DNA of 64,000 bases from Azolla caroliniana (lineage: Eukaryota; Plantae; Polypodiophyta). Both the position numbers and the translations under genes were made by a program. Shown one piece after another: positions 53,951 through 63,890 of this stretch (position 1 is the first letter of the stretch; each line of letters opens with the position of its first letter). The DNA is taken from positions 9,858,001-9,922,000 of the forward strand of contig JBHGNT010000004.1 in the NCBI GenBank assembly GCA_043228905.1, written 5' to 3'. A model generated the notes under the pieces. It was not told where the DNA came from. It worked only from the letters and a program-made list of their open reading frames with translations, and made no database searches.

Positions 53951-55557
53951 CGCAATGCAAATGGAAGATTGAAATAGAAAGTAGCAATGTGCATTGAAAA
54001 CCTCTGGAGGCAAAACCACGGGAGTTCTCTGACTCCACGTAGGATCACTATAGAGAAGAGGTACAACAGTGTGAGACTCAGAGGCAACGACTTCGAGCTC
54101 TACCTTTGCCAACCGATGGTTACAAGAGAAAAGCTTTCTGTATATCTCTCTCTCTCTGAGAGTCACTACTCACTTTCACACGTATCACGTGAAATGTAAT
54201 ATTTTTGGTCTCATAGGTCATATTTGACCTCCGAAGAAGATAATATAATCTATCTATCTATCTATCTTTGTCTCTCATTATACAATAATGACAACAACTA
54301 GAATGATCACACATAACAGTATTGCCCTAGTTATATTTATACTTATATAACTTTGGGGTTATTTACAAATATGACCTCAAACAATCACATCGGAACATAT
54401 ACATATACTGATGTGTTTGGTTGGATAACAATTGGATCCATCCGGTTCAGTTCCTTCCTTAGGCTTGTCCGATCCGGCTTGTCTGGTTCTCATCCGGATC
54501 CCATCCGGAGGGACCAAATTCCCAACAAACTCTCACTTCATTCCGGCATGGGATGTCTTGTCAATTTGATCTGTTTCCGACACGTGCCCAACTTCTCAAT
54601 TGACATAACCTTGGTCAACATGTCCGACCCATTCTCCTCCGTGTGGATCTTTACCAAGGTGAAATCTTGGTCTTCTACTCTCTCCCGAAGCTAGTGGTAT
54701 CTACGTTGGATGTGCTTCATCCTGGAGTGGTAGGCCGCGTTGTTTGCAAGGTGGATGACACTTTGACTGTCGCAGTAGAATCGGTATTCCTCCTACCAAA
54801 TCCCCAGCTCTTCGATGAAGTCCTTCATCCAGATTATTTCCTTACCGGCTTCCACGACTGCCATGTACTCCACTTCCATTGTCGACAGTGCAACAATCTT
54901 CTGCAACCTTGACTGCCATGATACGACTCTCCCTGCAAATGTCATGATATATTCGGATGTAGACGGCTAGTGTAAGCATCAGCTGACATGTCTGAATCGG
55001 TGAATCCTTTGAGTTGGGGTTTACTTGAGTTGAATCAGAGGCACAAGCTCGAGGTGCCTTTTAGGTACCGAAGTATCCACTTGACAACAGTCCAGTGTTC
55101 TCTTCCCAGATAGCTCATGAACCGGCTGACCACTCCGACTGCATATCTGATGTCTGGTTGTGTACACACCATTGCGTACATCAGGCTTCCGACTGCAGAA
55201 CCATTCACAGGACTGGAACCGGACCGGACGGATCAGGCCGGATGCGGACCGGACAGATCGAATGGGCAACGGTCAAGACGGACGGATCATGCATGGGCCG
55301 AACTTTACGGATGATAGAATCATGCAGGCGAACTAAAGTAAAGTAAAGGTGATGTGAACACATGCAACTAAAGTCAAATTTTATGTAAAGTAAAGGTCAT
55401 GTGGATGCATGCAATTGAACTCAAGATGCAAACTAGAGTTCCTCATGCAAGGGTATCTTCGAGTGTGGAAAATCCTAAGAGAAGGGAGGGAAGAGCAATC
55501 TCTCAATAATCCATAGATCCTAATGGTCCTTAGAGGATCGAAGTCATCTTTTGGAGA

Positions 55558-55800
55558 AAAAACCCTAATTTTCTTATCGAATCCATCTCTCACATTAACC
55601 CTTATTTTCTTATCGGATGTATCCCTCGAGGAAGCCAGAAACCCTAATTTTCTGATCGAAGCCATAAACCCTAAGTTTCCTTACAGACATTATCTCTCAC
55701 ATAAACCCTAATTTTCCTTACAGAAGTTATCTCTCATAAACCTTAATTTTCCTTACGGAAGCCATATCTCTAAAAACCCTAAATTTTCTTATCTATTAAT
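55558..55800. repeat. ~27-42-bp degenerate repeats each carrying an AAACCCTAA (telo-box-like) motif
   Basis: aaaccctaat/aacccttat motif about 7 times, followed by ttttc(c)tta. Confidence 0.7.
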
Positions 55801-55984
55801 CTTTTTAAACCTAAACTTCTGTAAACCCAATCTTGGGATAGATTGTAATTTTTCTTTTCCTTTACTAATAAAATTTATTAAATTTTCTCATTTCCGTTAA
55901 TTCTTAAAGTATAAACGCACGAATTTGATATCCTTTGGTCGGAGGCCCCAAGGTCCTGCCTCAAGTTCCCGTATCTTCGTCGTA

Positions 55985-56180
55985 TTTTCGCAACAACGTG
56001 TTGGATGTAGTGGCAAGTCATGAGAGGTATAGTTTCTTGGATGGCGTTGACAAATACAACCAAATTCGAATGCACCCCGATGATCAAGAGAAAACAACAT
56101 TCGTTACCTAGTGGGTTGTTTTCATTGCAGTTGTAATGATGTTCGGCCTAAAGACGGCTCCAGCCACATTTCAACGATCT
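55985..56180 (+). pseudogene. Ty3/gypsy RT fragment
   Basis: DQEKTTFVT, MMFGLKTAPATFQR. Confidence 0.7.
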
Positions 56181-57290
56181 GTAAGGTATCTTTCCATTGA
56201 GCTTTCTCTCCTCTTCTGTTGAGGGAGAGTCTCTGTCCGATACTCGGATCGACGTCGAAAGCGGTGTTGGTGCTAGCTTCACGTTCTCCATATTGAAGCG
56301 CCTCAACACCTTTCAGATGTAGTCAAAGAGAGAGAGTCGGAGAGTCTTTGTCTTTCGATTTTGCTCAATCCTCATGCCCAATATGTGTCGGGCTTGTCCG
56401 AGGTCCTTCATCACAAACTTGTTGTGAAGGCTCCACTTTAGCTTTGCGATTTCGGCTTGATTGCTCCCTGCAAATCAGTATGTCGTCGACATATAGGATC
56501 AGATAGATCCAGGACTCATCGGCCAATTGCCAAATATACATGCATGGATCAAAGTTGGACCGGTGGTAGCCAAGCTGCTTGATGTAGGAGTCGAACTTCT
56601 GGTACCACATCCTCGGTGCTTGTTTTAAGTTATAAAGATTTTTCTTCAATCGGCATACAAAGTGACCTTCCTCCCCCATCATCGTGAAACCTGTAAGTTG
56701 AGGCATATAGATGTCTTCTTCCACATCTCTGTGTAGGAATGTTGTCTTGACGTCCAACTGGTTAATCTCTAGATCTTCGGTTGCCACAATCCCAAGTAGA
56801 AGTCGAAGGGTGGTCATCTTGACTATTGGCTAGAATATCTCGTCATAGTCGACCCCATGTTCTTATTTGAATCCTTTCGCAACTAACCAAGCTTTGTATT
56901 TGGGCATCTCTGAGTCAAATACATATTCGTATCTGGAGACCCATTTGCAAGGCAACGGCTTCCTTCCGACTAGTAATTTGACTAGCTCCCATGTTTGATT
57001 CGGATGAATCGAGTCCATCTCGGATTTCATGGTTGTAGCCATGTGTCGGCGTCCGGCGTGGCTATGGCTTTCTCATAGGAGCTCAGTTCGCCTGCGTCCG
57101 TGTAATTAACGTAGTCGAGGCCCAATTGATAGAACTCTATCGGCCTTTGGACTCGTCCAGATCTCCTGAGTATTGATTTTATTGGTTTGATTTCTTCAGC
57201 GGGCTCGGTCGGCCGATCAGTATTACTTGAACCATCTTCAGGAGTCCTGTTGGATGAATCACCCCTGCAATAGGATTTCGGCGATGTCTA

Positions 57291-57719
57291 GTCATCCTCC
57301 CCTTCTTCTAGCCCTAACTCCAAGACTTGTTCACACTAGGATACAAAGTGGAAGGAGTCAGCCTTTTATGCCAACATTTCGTTCCTGTCTATAGGCTCAT
57401 ATAGGTCGCTGACTATCAGAAGATCCTCCATCTTGATCATCTAGTCTAAGTAGTTATGTGGGTTCAGGACTATCATTCCTGGAAAGCCACTCAAACCTCC
57501 TTCCATCTAGCACCTCTAGCTCTAATACCAATTTTTTACGTTTAAGACTGAAGATGAACAAGAAATATAGGTTGAAAAACATAGAACAGAAACTTAAAGT
57601 ACATGGCACACAAAATTTACGTGGAAACCCTAAAACAAGGAAAACCACGGGCAACAAATTTCACTAGGAGACAAGATTACAGAGATAGATTACAAATTTT
57701 TTCAAGCTTTCAAGGAGAA
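57291..57719 (-). mobile_element. Copia gag start, PBS and U5 part of a 5' LTR (the host site of the intact gypsy; the LTR continues after 63489)
   Basis: Minus PBS TGGTATTAGAGC at 57519-57530; gag MEGGLSGFPGMIVLNPHNY..KMEDLL; cccgtggtttt LTR motif. Confidence 0.75.
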
Positions 57720-57842
57720 TGTCATAACTAGACTCGAACCCATAACCTTTTGTTACACGGGTCGAGACTTTACCATTAGGTTATGAATTGTAATTTGAAG
57801 GATATTATTTTCATTTAGGTTTTATTGGGAAATTGATGTATA

Positions 57843-57902
57843 TTCCAGATTTCTCTGGAACATTCTAGAAACTTCAGGAGTATTCCTGAAGACACTATAA
57901 AA
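57843..57902 (+). promoter_or_regulatory. Extended heat-shock element followed by TATA box in LTR (second copy at 63149-63208)
   Basis: TTC/GAA triplets every 5 bp from 57843 to 57890 (7 of 10 perfect); TATAAAA at 57896. Confidence 0.85.
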
Positions 57903-58009
57903 GGAGGCGCAAGGCATTAGTTCGAACCAAATCGGTTCAACGCCAGTCTTAAGCCTTCTAACTACTGTTGTATATCTTCCTTCATATAATACATATATCT
58001 TTCGCATCA

Positions 58010-58045
<36 letters not shown>

Positions 58046-58180
58046 ACTCATTCCTTCTCTCAAAGTTCGACACCTCTCATAGTACTAATCCTTCTCTGTC
58101 TTAGTACTATTCCCCAACAATAGTACTAATCCTTCTTTTAGTACTAATTCCTTCTCTGCCTTAATAGAGTTCCTGACAGT

Positions 58181-58192
58181 TTGAACCGATTT
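58181..58192 (+). promoter_or_regulatory. Self-priming primer-binding site
   Basis: TTGAACCGATTT is the exact reverse complement of AAATCGGTTCAA (57929-57940), which lies 33 nt after the TATA; no TGG tRNA-type PBS is present. Confidence 0.88.
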
Positions 58193-58279
58193 CTGGGTGC
58201 CTGTCTGGTCTTTTCTCTCCCTCTTCCTTCTGTCTCCCTCCTTTCCTACTAGTCTCTTATTTCCCTTTTCCTTCATCCC

Positions 58280-59449
58280 ATGGCCACCGTTAGCGCTGAA
58301 GAGTATCAATCCGTTTTCTCGGAATTTCAATGCTTGAAAGAGAAGTTTCATGCTTTGGAACAAGAAAATCAACGCTTGTTGGGGGATCTTCAGCAAATTT
58401 CCTTAGAAAAGCAGCAAACGCAACAACAGCATGGGGAACTTGCGTTACGCGTGCAACAACTCGAAGCAACCATCGTAGCAATGCAACAACAAGGGCACGG
58501 AGCACAAGGGATTCATAAAGAACCCAAGATTGGCCTTCCCACGAAGTTCGATGGAACGCGATCGCAGTTTAGAGGGTTTCTTAACCAGGTACGGTTAGTT
58601 ATTCAAATGCATCCGTCCCGATATCCCACCGATGCATCACGAGTGGGTTTAGTAGGCACGTTGTTAAATGGCTCAGCATTAGCATGGTTCGCTCCGCTAC
58701 TAGAAAAGGAATCTCCAGTACTAAATAATTTTGAAGAATTCATAAGTGAGTTTAAAGCATGTTTTGGAGATACTGACAGCATAAGGACTGCAATCAACAA
58801 AATCCGGCGATTACGCCAAGGTGACCGTCCAGCCTCCGCATATGCTGCAGATTTCCGCCTACTCGCCGCTGATATCCCCTGGGATGATCAAGCATTGATG
58901 GAGCAGTTCCGCTATGGTCTACGCAACGATGTCAAGGATTTACTCTTGACTTTCCCTGAAGAGCCAAAATCATTAACAGAAGCAATCAGTCGAGCGGTCA
59001 GATGTGACAACCGCCTCTTCGAGCGACATTCGGAACGACAATTTCAGATGCCGAGGGCAAGATCCGAGCCTACCTATGCCTCAGTGGTAGCAAAACCTTT
59101 TCAAAGGGAGTCACATAATGCGCCTCCAGTAAGTACTCCAACTCCAATGGAAATTGACACTACACGTCGTCGTGGGCCGCTATCGGAGGAGGAAAAGCAA
59201 CGACGCCGAACAAACCGATTATGCCTTTATTGCGGTGGACCAGGGCATATCGCGATAAACTGTCCCCATAGACCAAGAAGGCAGGTAAACCAAGTCGTTG
59301 TTAGTTCTGACTATACTAAACCCGAGTCTATTTCAGTAGGAATCTCTGATAGTCCTCATAGTCATAATAGTCCTAATAGTACTAATAGTCCGAATCTCGC
59401 AAACAAATTTGATGTCCTTAGCCAATTAGAAGAAGAGTTAAACGACTAA
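58280..59449 (+). CDS. gag: Gag (389 aa): N-terminal coiled coil, capsid, CCHC zinc knuckle
   Basis: TPMEID motif, CLYCGGPGHIAINC; open frame. Confidence 0.95.
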   Translation: MATVSAEEYQSVFSEFQCLKEKFHALEQENQRLLGDLQQISLEKQQTQQQHGELALRVQQLEATIVAMQQQGHGAQGIHKEPKIGLPTKFDGTRSQFRGFLNQVRLVIQMHPSRYPTDASRVGLVGTLLNGSALAWFAPLLEKESPVLNNFEEFISEFKACFGDTDSIRTAINKIRRLRQGDRPASAYAADFRLLAADIPWDDQALMEQFRYGLRNDVKDLLLTFPEEPKSLTEAISRAVRCDNRLFERHSERQFQMPRARSEPTYASVVAKPFQRESHNAPPVSTPTPMEIDTTRRRGPLSEEEKQRRRTNRLCLYCGGPGHIAINCPHRPRRQVNQVVVSSDYTKPESISVGISDSPHSHNSPNSTNSPNLANKFDVLSQLEEELND

Positions 59450-62400
59450 GTCCAGCCAAAATAGGAGCCGTTTGGTTGGACATCCCTAGATCTGTGCAGC
59501 CCATTAGTGGTTCCATTCCCTCTAAGCAAGTTAGTGATGTGTTCGTAGCCCAAGTAGCAGTTAGTACAAAAAGTACCCCTCCAGTACATACCTTAGCCCT
59601 TCTAGATTCCGGAGCTAATTCTTGCTTCATGGATAGGAATTTTGCCCGAGCTCATCAGATATCTCTCAGAAAGCTCCCATGTCCAGCCTCAGTAGTAGTC
59701 ATTGATGGTCGTCCCATTGCTTCTGGTAATATCATAGAAGAGTCGGAACCCGTTAATATTGTCCTAGATAACTTAACATGTGTAGTATCATTTAATATTA
59801 TTAGTATTCCAGAACATCCCATAGTTTTAGGATTACCATGGTTCGAGTTACATAACCCAGACATAGATTGGAGGACAAGGGAAATCCGGTTGCGACAAAC
59901 CCAAGGATCTACCCAGAAGGTTGCAACCATTTCGCTACGTCAGTTGCGTGAGGAAGGGCGCAAGGAGGAAATGTTTCTCTTCGCAATATCAGTACAACCC
60001 TCCAACACCACCAAAGAGGAGTCCACCGTTCAACTTCCCGAGAAGTATCGTCAGTATGCTGATGTGTTCGATAAAGTACAAGCCAACACACTTCCTCATC
60101 ATCGGCCGTACGATTGCGCCATCGACTTACAACCGGGAAAAGAGCCGCCATGGGGGCCGATCTACAATTTGTCACCAACCGAGCTAGAAGTCCTTCGAGC
60201 CTATATAGAGGAGAATTTGGAGAATGGTTTCATTCGGCATTCGAAATCTCCAGCCGGCGCACCCATTTTCTTCGTCAAGAAAAAAGATGGCTCGCTTCGA
60301 CTCGTTGTAGATTACCGTGGCTTGAATAAGGTCACAGTAAGAAATAGGTATGCTCTTCCCCTTATCTCAAGTCTTTTAGAACGGATCAACGGTGCCAGGT
60401 TCTTCACGAAGATCGACTTACGAGGAGCCTATAACCTCGTACGGATCCGACCAGGAGATGAATGGAAGACCGCGTTTCGCACCAGATATGGGCACTTCGA
60501 GTATACGGTCATGCCGTTCGGACTCACTAATGCGCCGGCAGTCTTCCAGCACATGGCGAATGATATATTTCGAGATCTCTTGGATGATTTTTTGATCATC
60601 TATTTGGATGATCTACTGGTTTATTCAAAGACCCAAGAAGAACATGATTCTCATGTACTATTAGTACTAAAACGACTTCGAGAACATGGTCTGTATGCAA
60701 AGTTAGAGAAATGTAGTTTCGGGTGCAACCAAGTGGAATTTCTCGGCTATGTCATCTCCTCAGAAGGCATATCTATGGACCCAGCCAAGGTCAAAACGGT
60801 GATAGAATGGCACACTCCGCGTTCGGTGCGGGATGTGCAATGCTTCCTAGGCTTTGCAAATTTTTACCGGAAGTTCATACAAAATTACTCAAAAATTGTG
60901 CTGCCTCTCACACAGCTCACCAGGAAGGGACAATCATTCATTTGGTCTAAAGAGACGGACATGGCTTTCGAGAGTCTTAAGAAGGCGTTTACATCAGCTC
61001 CAATTTTAGGTCATGTGGATCCGGAAAAACCATTCATTATCGAAGCTGACGCATCGGATTTCGCATTGGGGAGCATTCTGTCACAACAGGGTAACGACGA
61101 GAAGCTACATCCTGTGGCTTTCCACTCCCGTAAGTTTGACGCCGCCGAAATCAACTACGAAATTCATGATAAAGAGCTATTAGCAATAGTTGATTCTTTT
61201 ATGCAATGGAGGCATTTCCTGGAGGGATCTCCTCATCAGGTCACTGTATTCAGTGACCACAAGAACCTTGCCTACTTTCAAGATGCTCGTGTACTGAATC
61301 GACGTCAAGCTCGGTGGGCCCACTTCCTCACACGCTTCGACTTCAAAATTACATATCGTCCGGGGAAGCACCAAGGGAAGGCAGATGCATTATCACGGCG
61401 TTCGTATCTAACACCACGTCCCGGTGAGCCAGCTTTCGATAACCAGAAGCAAGTAATCTTGGGTCCAGCACGACTGCAAGCAGCACAGGTCTTTGACATG
61501 CCCGTGGATTCCGACATTACCAATACTATACGTGAGGACTTGAAGACTGACGCTTTCGCCCAAGCTATACTAGCACAAATTGACCCCTCTCGAGCGTCAT
61601 GTTCACAATCACAATCACCAGGTACGGATTATCGGCAATTCAAATACTGTGATGGATTACTCTTCTTTAAAGAACTTTTGTATGTTCCTAATGGTTCTTG
61701 CCGCCTTCGAGTAGTACAAAATTGCCATGACACATATACAGCAGGACATTTTGGTAGTACTAAAACATTAGATTTAGTACAACGATCATTCTGGTGGCCC
61801 CGTATGCGACAATTTGTCGAAGATTTTGTTCGGGCTTGCGATACATGCTGCAGAGCGAAAATGCCAAGACATCATCCATATGGTTTATTAGAACCATTAC
61901 CAATTCCAAGCAAGCCATGGCAATCCATTGCTCTTGACTTCATTACAGATCTTCCAGTCTCTAAGGGATTCAGTGCGATTCTCACAGTGGTGGATCGATA
62001 TACGAAGATGGCTCATTTCTTACCCTGTACTAAAGAAATATCTAGTGAAGACACCGCCGAAATTGTCATGCGGGAAGTATGTCGGCATCATGGACTCCCT
62101 GATAATATCATCAGCGATCGTGGACCCCAGTTTGTGTCAAAATTCTGGAAGCACCTTTTTAAAATGCTGAAGGTCACTTGTAACCTCTCCTCCGGCTACC
62201 ACCCACAAACCGACGGTCAAGCCGAACGAACAAATCAAACACTGGAGCAGTATCTGCGGTGCTTTCTCAACTATCATCAGAATGACTGGGCAGATATTCT
62301 TCAGTTCGCCGAATTTGCCTATAATAACGCTATCCACGCATCGACTAAAGTCACGCCATTCTACGCTTATACGGGATATCATCCCCGGTGGTGTGTCCTT

Positions 62401-63033
62401 GAAACCCCAGAAGTGTCCACAAATCCTTGCGCGGAGGATCGTTTGGAGCGGTTACGCAAGATACAAGCGGATTTATCTACTCAACTCCAGCAAGCTCAAC
62501 AATCACACAAGGACTACGCAGATCGTCATCGACTTCCATCCAGTTTTAACATTGGAGATCGGGTGTGGCTGCTACGACGACACATCAAGACTACTCGCCC
62601 ATGTGAGAAGTTGGATTATCGGCGATTAGGTCCTTTCCGTATTATCGGGAAGATTAATGATGTCGCTTTTCGTCTCGAGCTACCTCCGCAACTTCGGATA
62701 CATCCGGTGTTTCATAGTTCTCTCCTCGAACCCTATCACGAGAGCACTATCCCAGGACGTACTATACAACCACCACCTCCTATCGAGCTCGAAGATGGAC
62801 CTGAGTATGAGGTCGCTGCCATCCTCGATTCCAAGATTGTTCGCAACAAGCTCTACTATCTAGTCGATTGGCTAGGATATAGTCCCAGCGAGCGTACTTG
62901 GGAACCGATCGAGAATGTGACCAATGCTCGTGCTCTTCTAGAAGACTTCCATCGACGATATCCCGAGAAACCGGGTCCTCAATCCAAAACGACTCGTGGA
63001 ACTCGTCGTTTTAAAGGGGGAATAGTGTCATAA
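59422..63033 (+). CDS. pol: Pol in the -1 frame (protease, RT, RNase H, integrase, GPY/F, chromodomain); probably expressed by -1 frameshift
   Basis: LLDSGA, YLDDL, EADASD, HDTYTAGH..CDTC, ISDRGPQF, LGPF, EYEVAAILDS..YLVDWLGY..TWEP. The frame is open from 59422 and overlaps the end of gag. Confidence 0.96.
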   Translation, partial: PIRRRVKRLSPAKIGAVWLDIPRSVQPISGSIPSKQVSDVFVAQVAVSTKSTPPVHTLALLDSGANSCFMDRNFARAHQISLRKLPCPASVVVIDGRPIASGNIIEESEPVNIVLDNLTCVVSFNIISIPEHPIVLGLPWFELHNPDIDWRTREIRLRQTQGSTQKVATISLRQLREEGRKEEMFLFAISVQPSNTTKEESTVQLPEKYRQYADVFDKVQANTLPHHRPYDCAIDLQPGKEPPWGPIYNLSPTELEVLRAYIEENLENGFIRHSKSPAGAPIFFVKKKDGSLRLVVDYRGLNKVTVRNRYALPLISSLLERINGARFFTKIDLRGAYNLVRIRPGDEWKTAFRTRYGHFEYTVMPFGLTNAPAVFQHMANDIFRDLLDDFLIIYLDDLLVYSKTQEEHDSHVLLVLKRLREHGLYAKLEKCSFGCNQVEFLGYVISSEGISMDPAKVKTVIEWHTPRSVRDVQCFLGFANFYRKFIQNYSKIVLPLTQLTRKGQSFIWSKETDMAFESLKKAFTSAPILGHVDPEKPFIIEADASDFALGSILSQQGNDEKLHPVAFHSRKFDAAEINYEIHDKELLAIVDSFMQWRHFLEGSPHQVTVFSDHKNLAYFQDARVLNRRQARWAHFLTRFDFKITYRPGKHQGKADALSRRSYLTPRPGEPAFDNQKQVILGPARLQAAQVFDMPVDSDITNTIREDLKTDAFAQAILAQIDPSRASCSQSQSPGTDYRQFKYCDGLLFFKELLYVPNGSCRLRVVQNCHDTYTAGHFGSTKTLDLVQRSFWWPRMRQFVEDFVRACDTCCRAKMPRHHPYGLLEPLPIPSKPWQSIALDFITDLPVSKGFSAILTVVDRYTKMAHFLPCTKEISSEDTAEIVMREVCRHHGLPDNIISDRGPQFVSKFWKHLFKMLKVTCNLSSGYHPQTDGQAERTNQTLEQYLRCFLNYHQNDWADILQFAEFAYNNAIHASTKVTPFYAYTGYHPRWCVLETPEVSTNPCAEDRLERLRKIQADLSTQLQQAQQSHKDYADRHRLPSSFNIGDRVWLLRRHIKTTRPCEKLDYRRLGPFRIIGKINDVAFRLELPPQLRIHPVFHSSLLEPYHESTIPGRTIQPPPPIELEDGPEYEVAAILDSKIVRNKLYYLVDWLGYSPSERTWEPIENVTNARALLEDFHRRYPEKPGPQSKTTRGTRRFKGGIVS

Positions 63034-63315
63034 CTAGACTCGAACCCATAACCTTTTGTTACACGGGTCGAGACTTTACCATTAGGTTATGAATTGTAAT
63101 TTGAAGGATATTATTTTCATTTAGGTTTTATTGGGAAATTGATGTATATTCCAGATTTCTCTGGAACATTCTAGAAACTTCAGGAGTATTCCTGAAGACA
63201 CTATAAAAGGAGGCGCAAGGCATTAGTTCGAACCAAATCGGTTCAACGCCAGTCTTAAGCCTTCTAACTACTGTTGTATATCTTCCTTCATATAATACAT
63301 ATATCTTTCGCATCA

Positions 63316-63351
<36 letters not shown>

Positions 63352-63651
63352 ACTCATTCCTTCTCTCAAAGTTCGACACCTCTCATAGTACTAATCCTTC
63401 TCTGTCTTAGTACTATTCCCCAACAATAGTACTAATCCTTCTTTTAGTACTAATTCCTTCTCTGCCTTAATAGAGTTCCTGACAGAGAAAGGCTCAGATT
63501 ACAGAAAATCCCTTCGTAGGGTTTTGGCAAGTTCCACAAAATTGTGCCGTCGCTCACTTTCTCTTCTACCTTTTGTAGCTTTTGAGTGACACAATAATAA
63601 TCATACATAATCATCTTTCCCTAATTCCATATATATAAGGTATTACTATTA

Positions 63652-63890
63652 TATGGGAGAAAAATCCAAGTCAACGAAGAGAACAAGGAAAATAAGATAT
63701 AATACTTCTTGTTTAAACATGGGAGCATGATACTCAAAAGGAATCAAGATTTAGGCAACTACAACACACACTCTTTGGTATGGGAGAAAAATCCAAGTCA
63801 ACGAAGAGACCAAGGAAAATAAGATATAATACTTCTTGTTTAAACACGAGAGCATGATAATCAAAAGGAATCAAGATTTAAGCCACTACG
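63652..63890. repeat. 127-bp direct duplication in copia LTR relic
   Basis: tatgggagaaaaatccaagtcaacg at 63652 and 63779. Confidence 0.85.

Larger units (their letters stand above)
53960..57290 (-). mobile_element. Ty1/copia 3' part (RT-RH relic; 3' LTR ~53960-54527) with an internal insertion ~55210-56180
   Basis: QLDVKTTFL, LYNLKQAPRMWY and LYVDDIL on the minus strand; PPT tgaagtgagag next to the LTR start TGTTGGG. Confidence 0.85.
57720..63484 (+). mobile_element. Intact, very recent Ty3/gypsy chromovirus (Tcn1/Tf1-sushi-like), family A
   Basis: 459-bp LTRs 57720-58178 and 63026-63484 appear identical, including (CT)13. TG..CA ends; TSD GAGAA (57715-57719, 63485-63489); PPT aaagggggaatag; open gag and pol. 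Confidence 0.98.

Noticed and set aside
59476-59478. TTG as the true pol start codon
   Set aside because: It lies inside the frameshift stem, and the frame is open further upstream across a slippery site.
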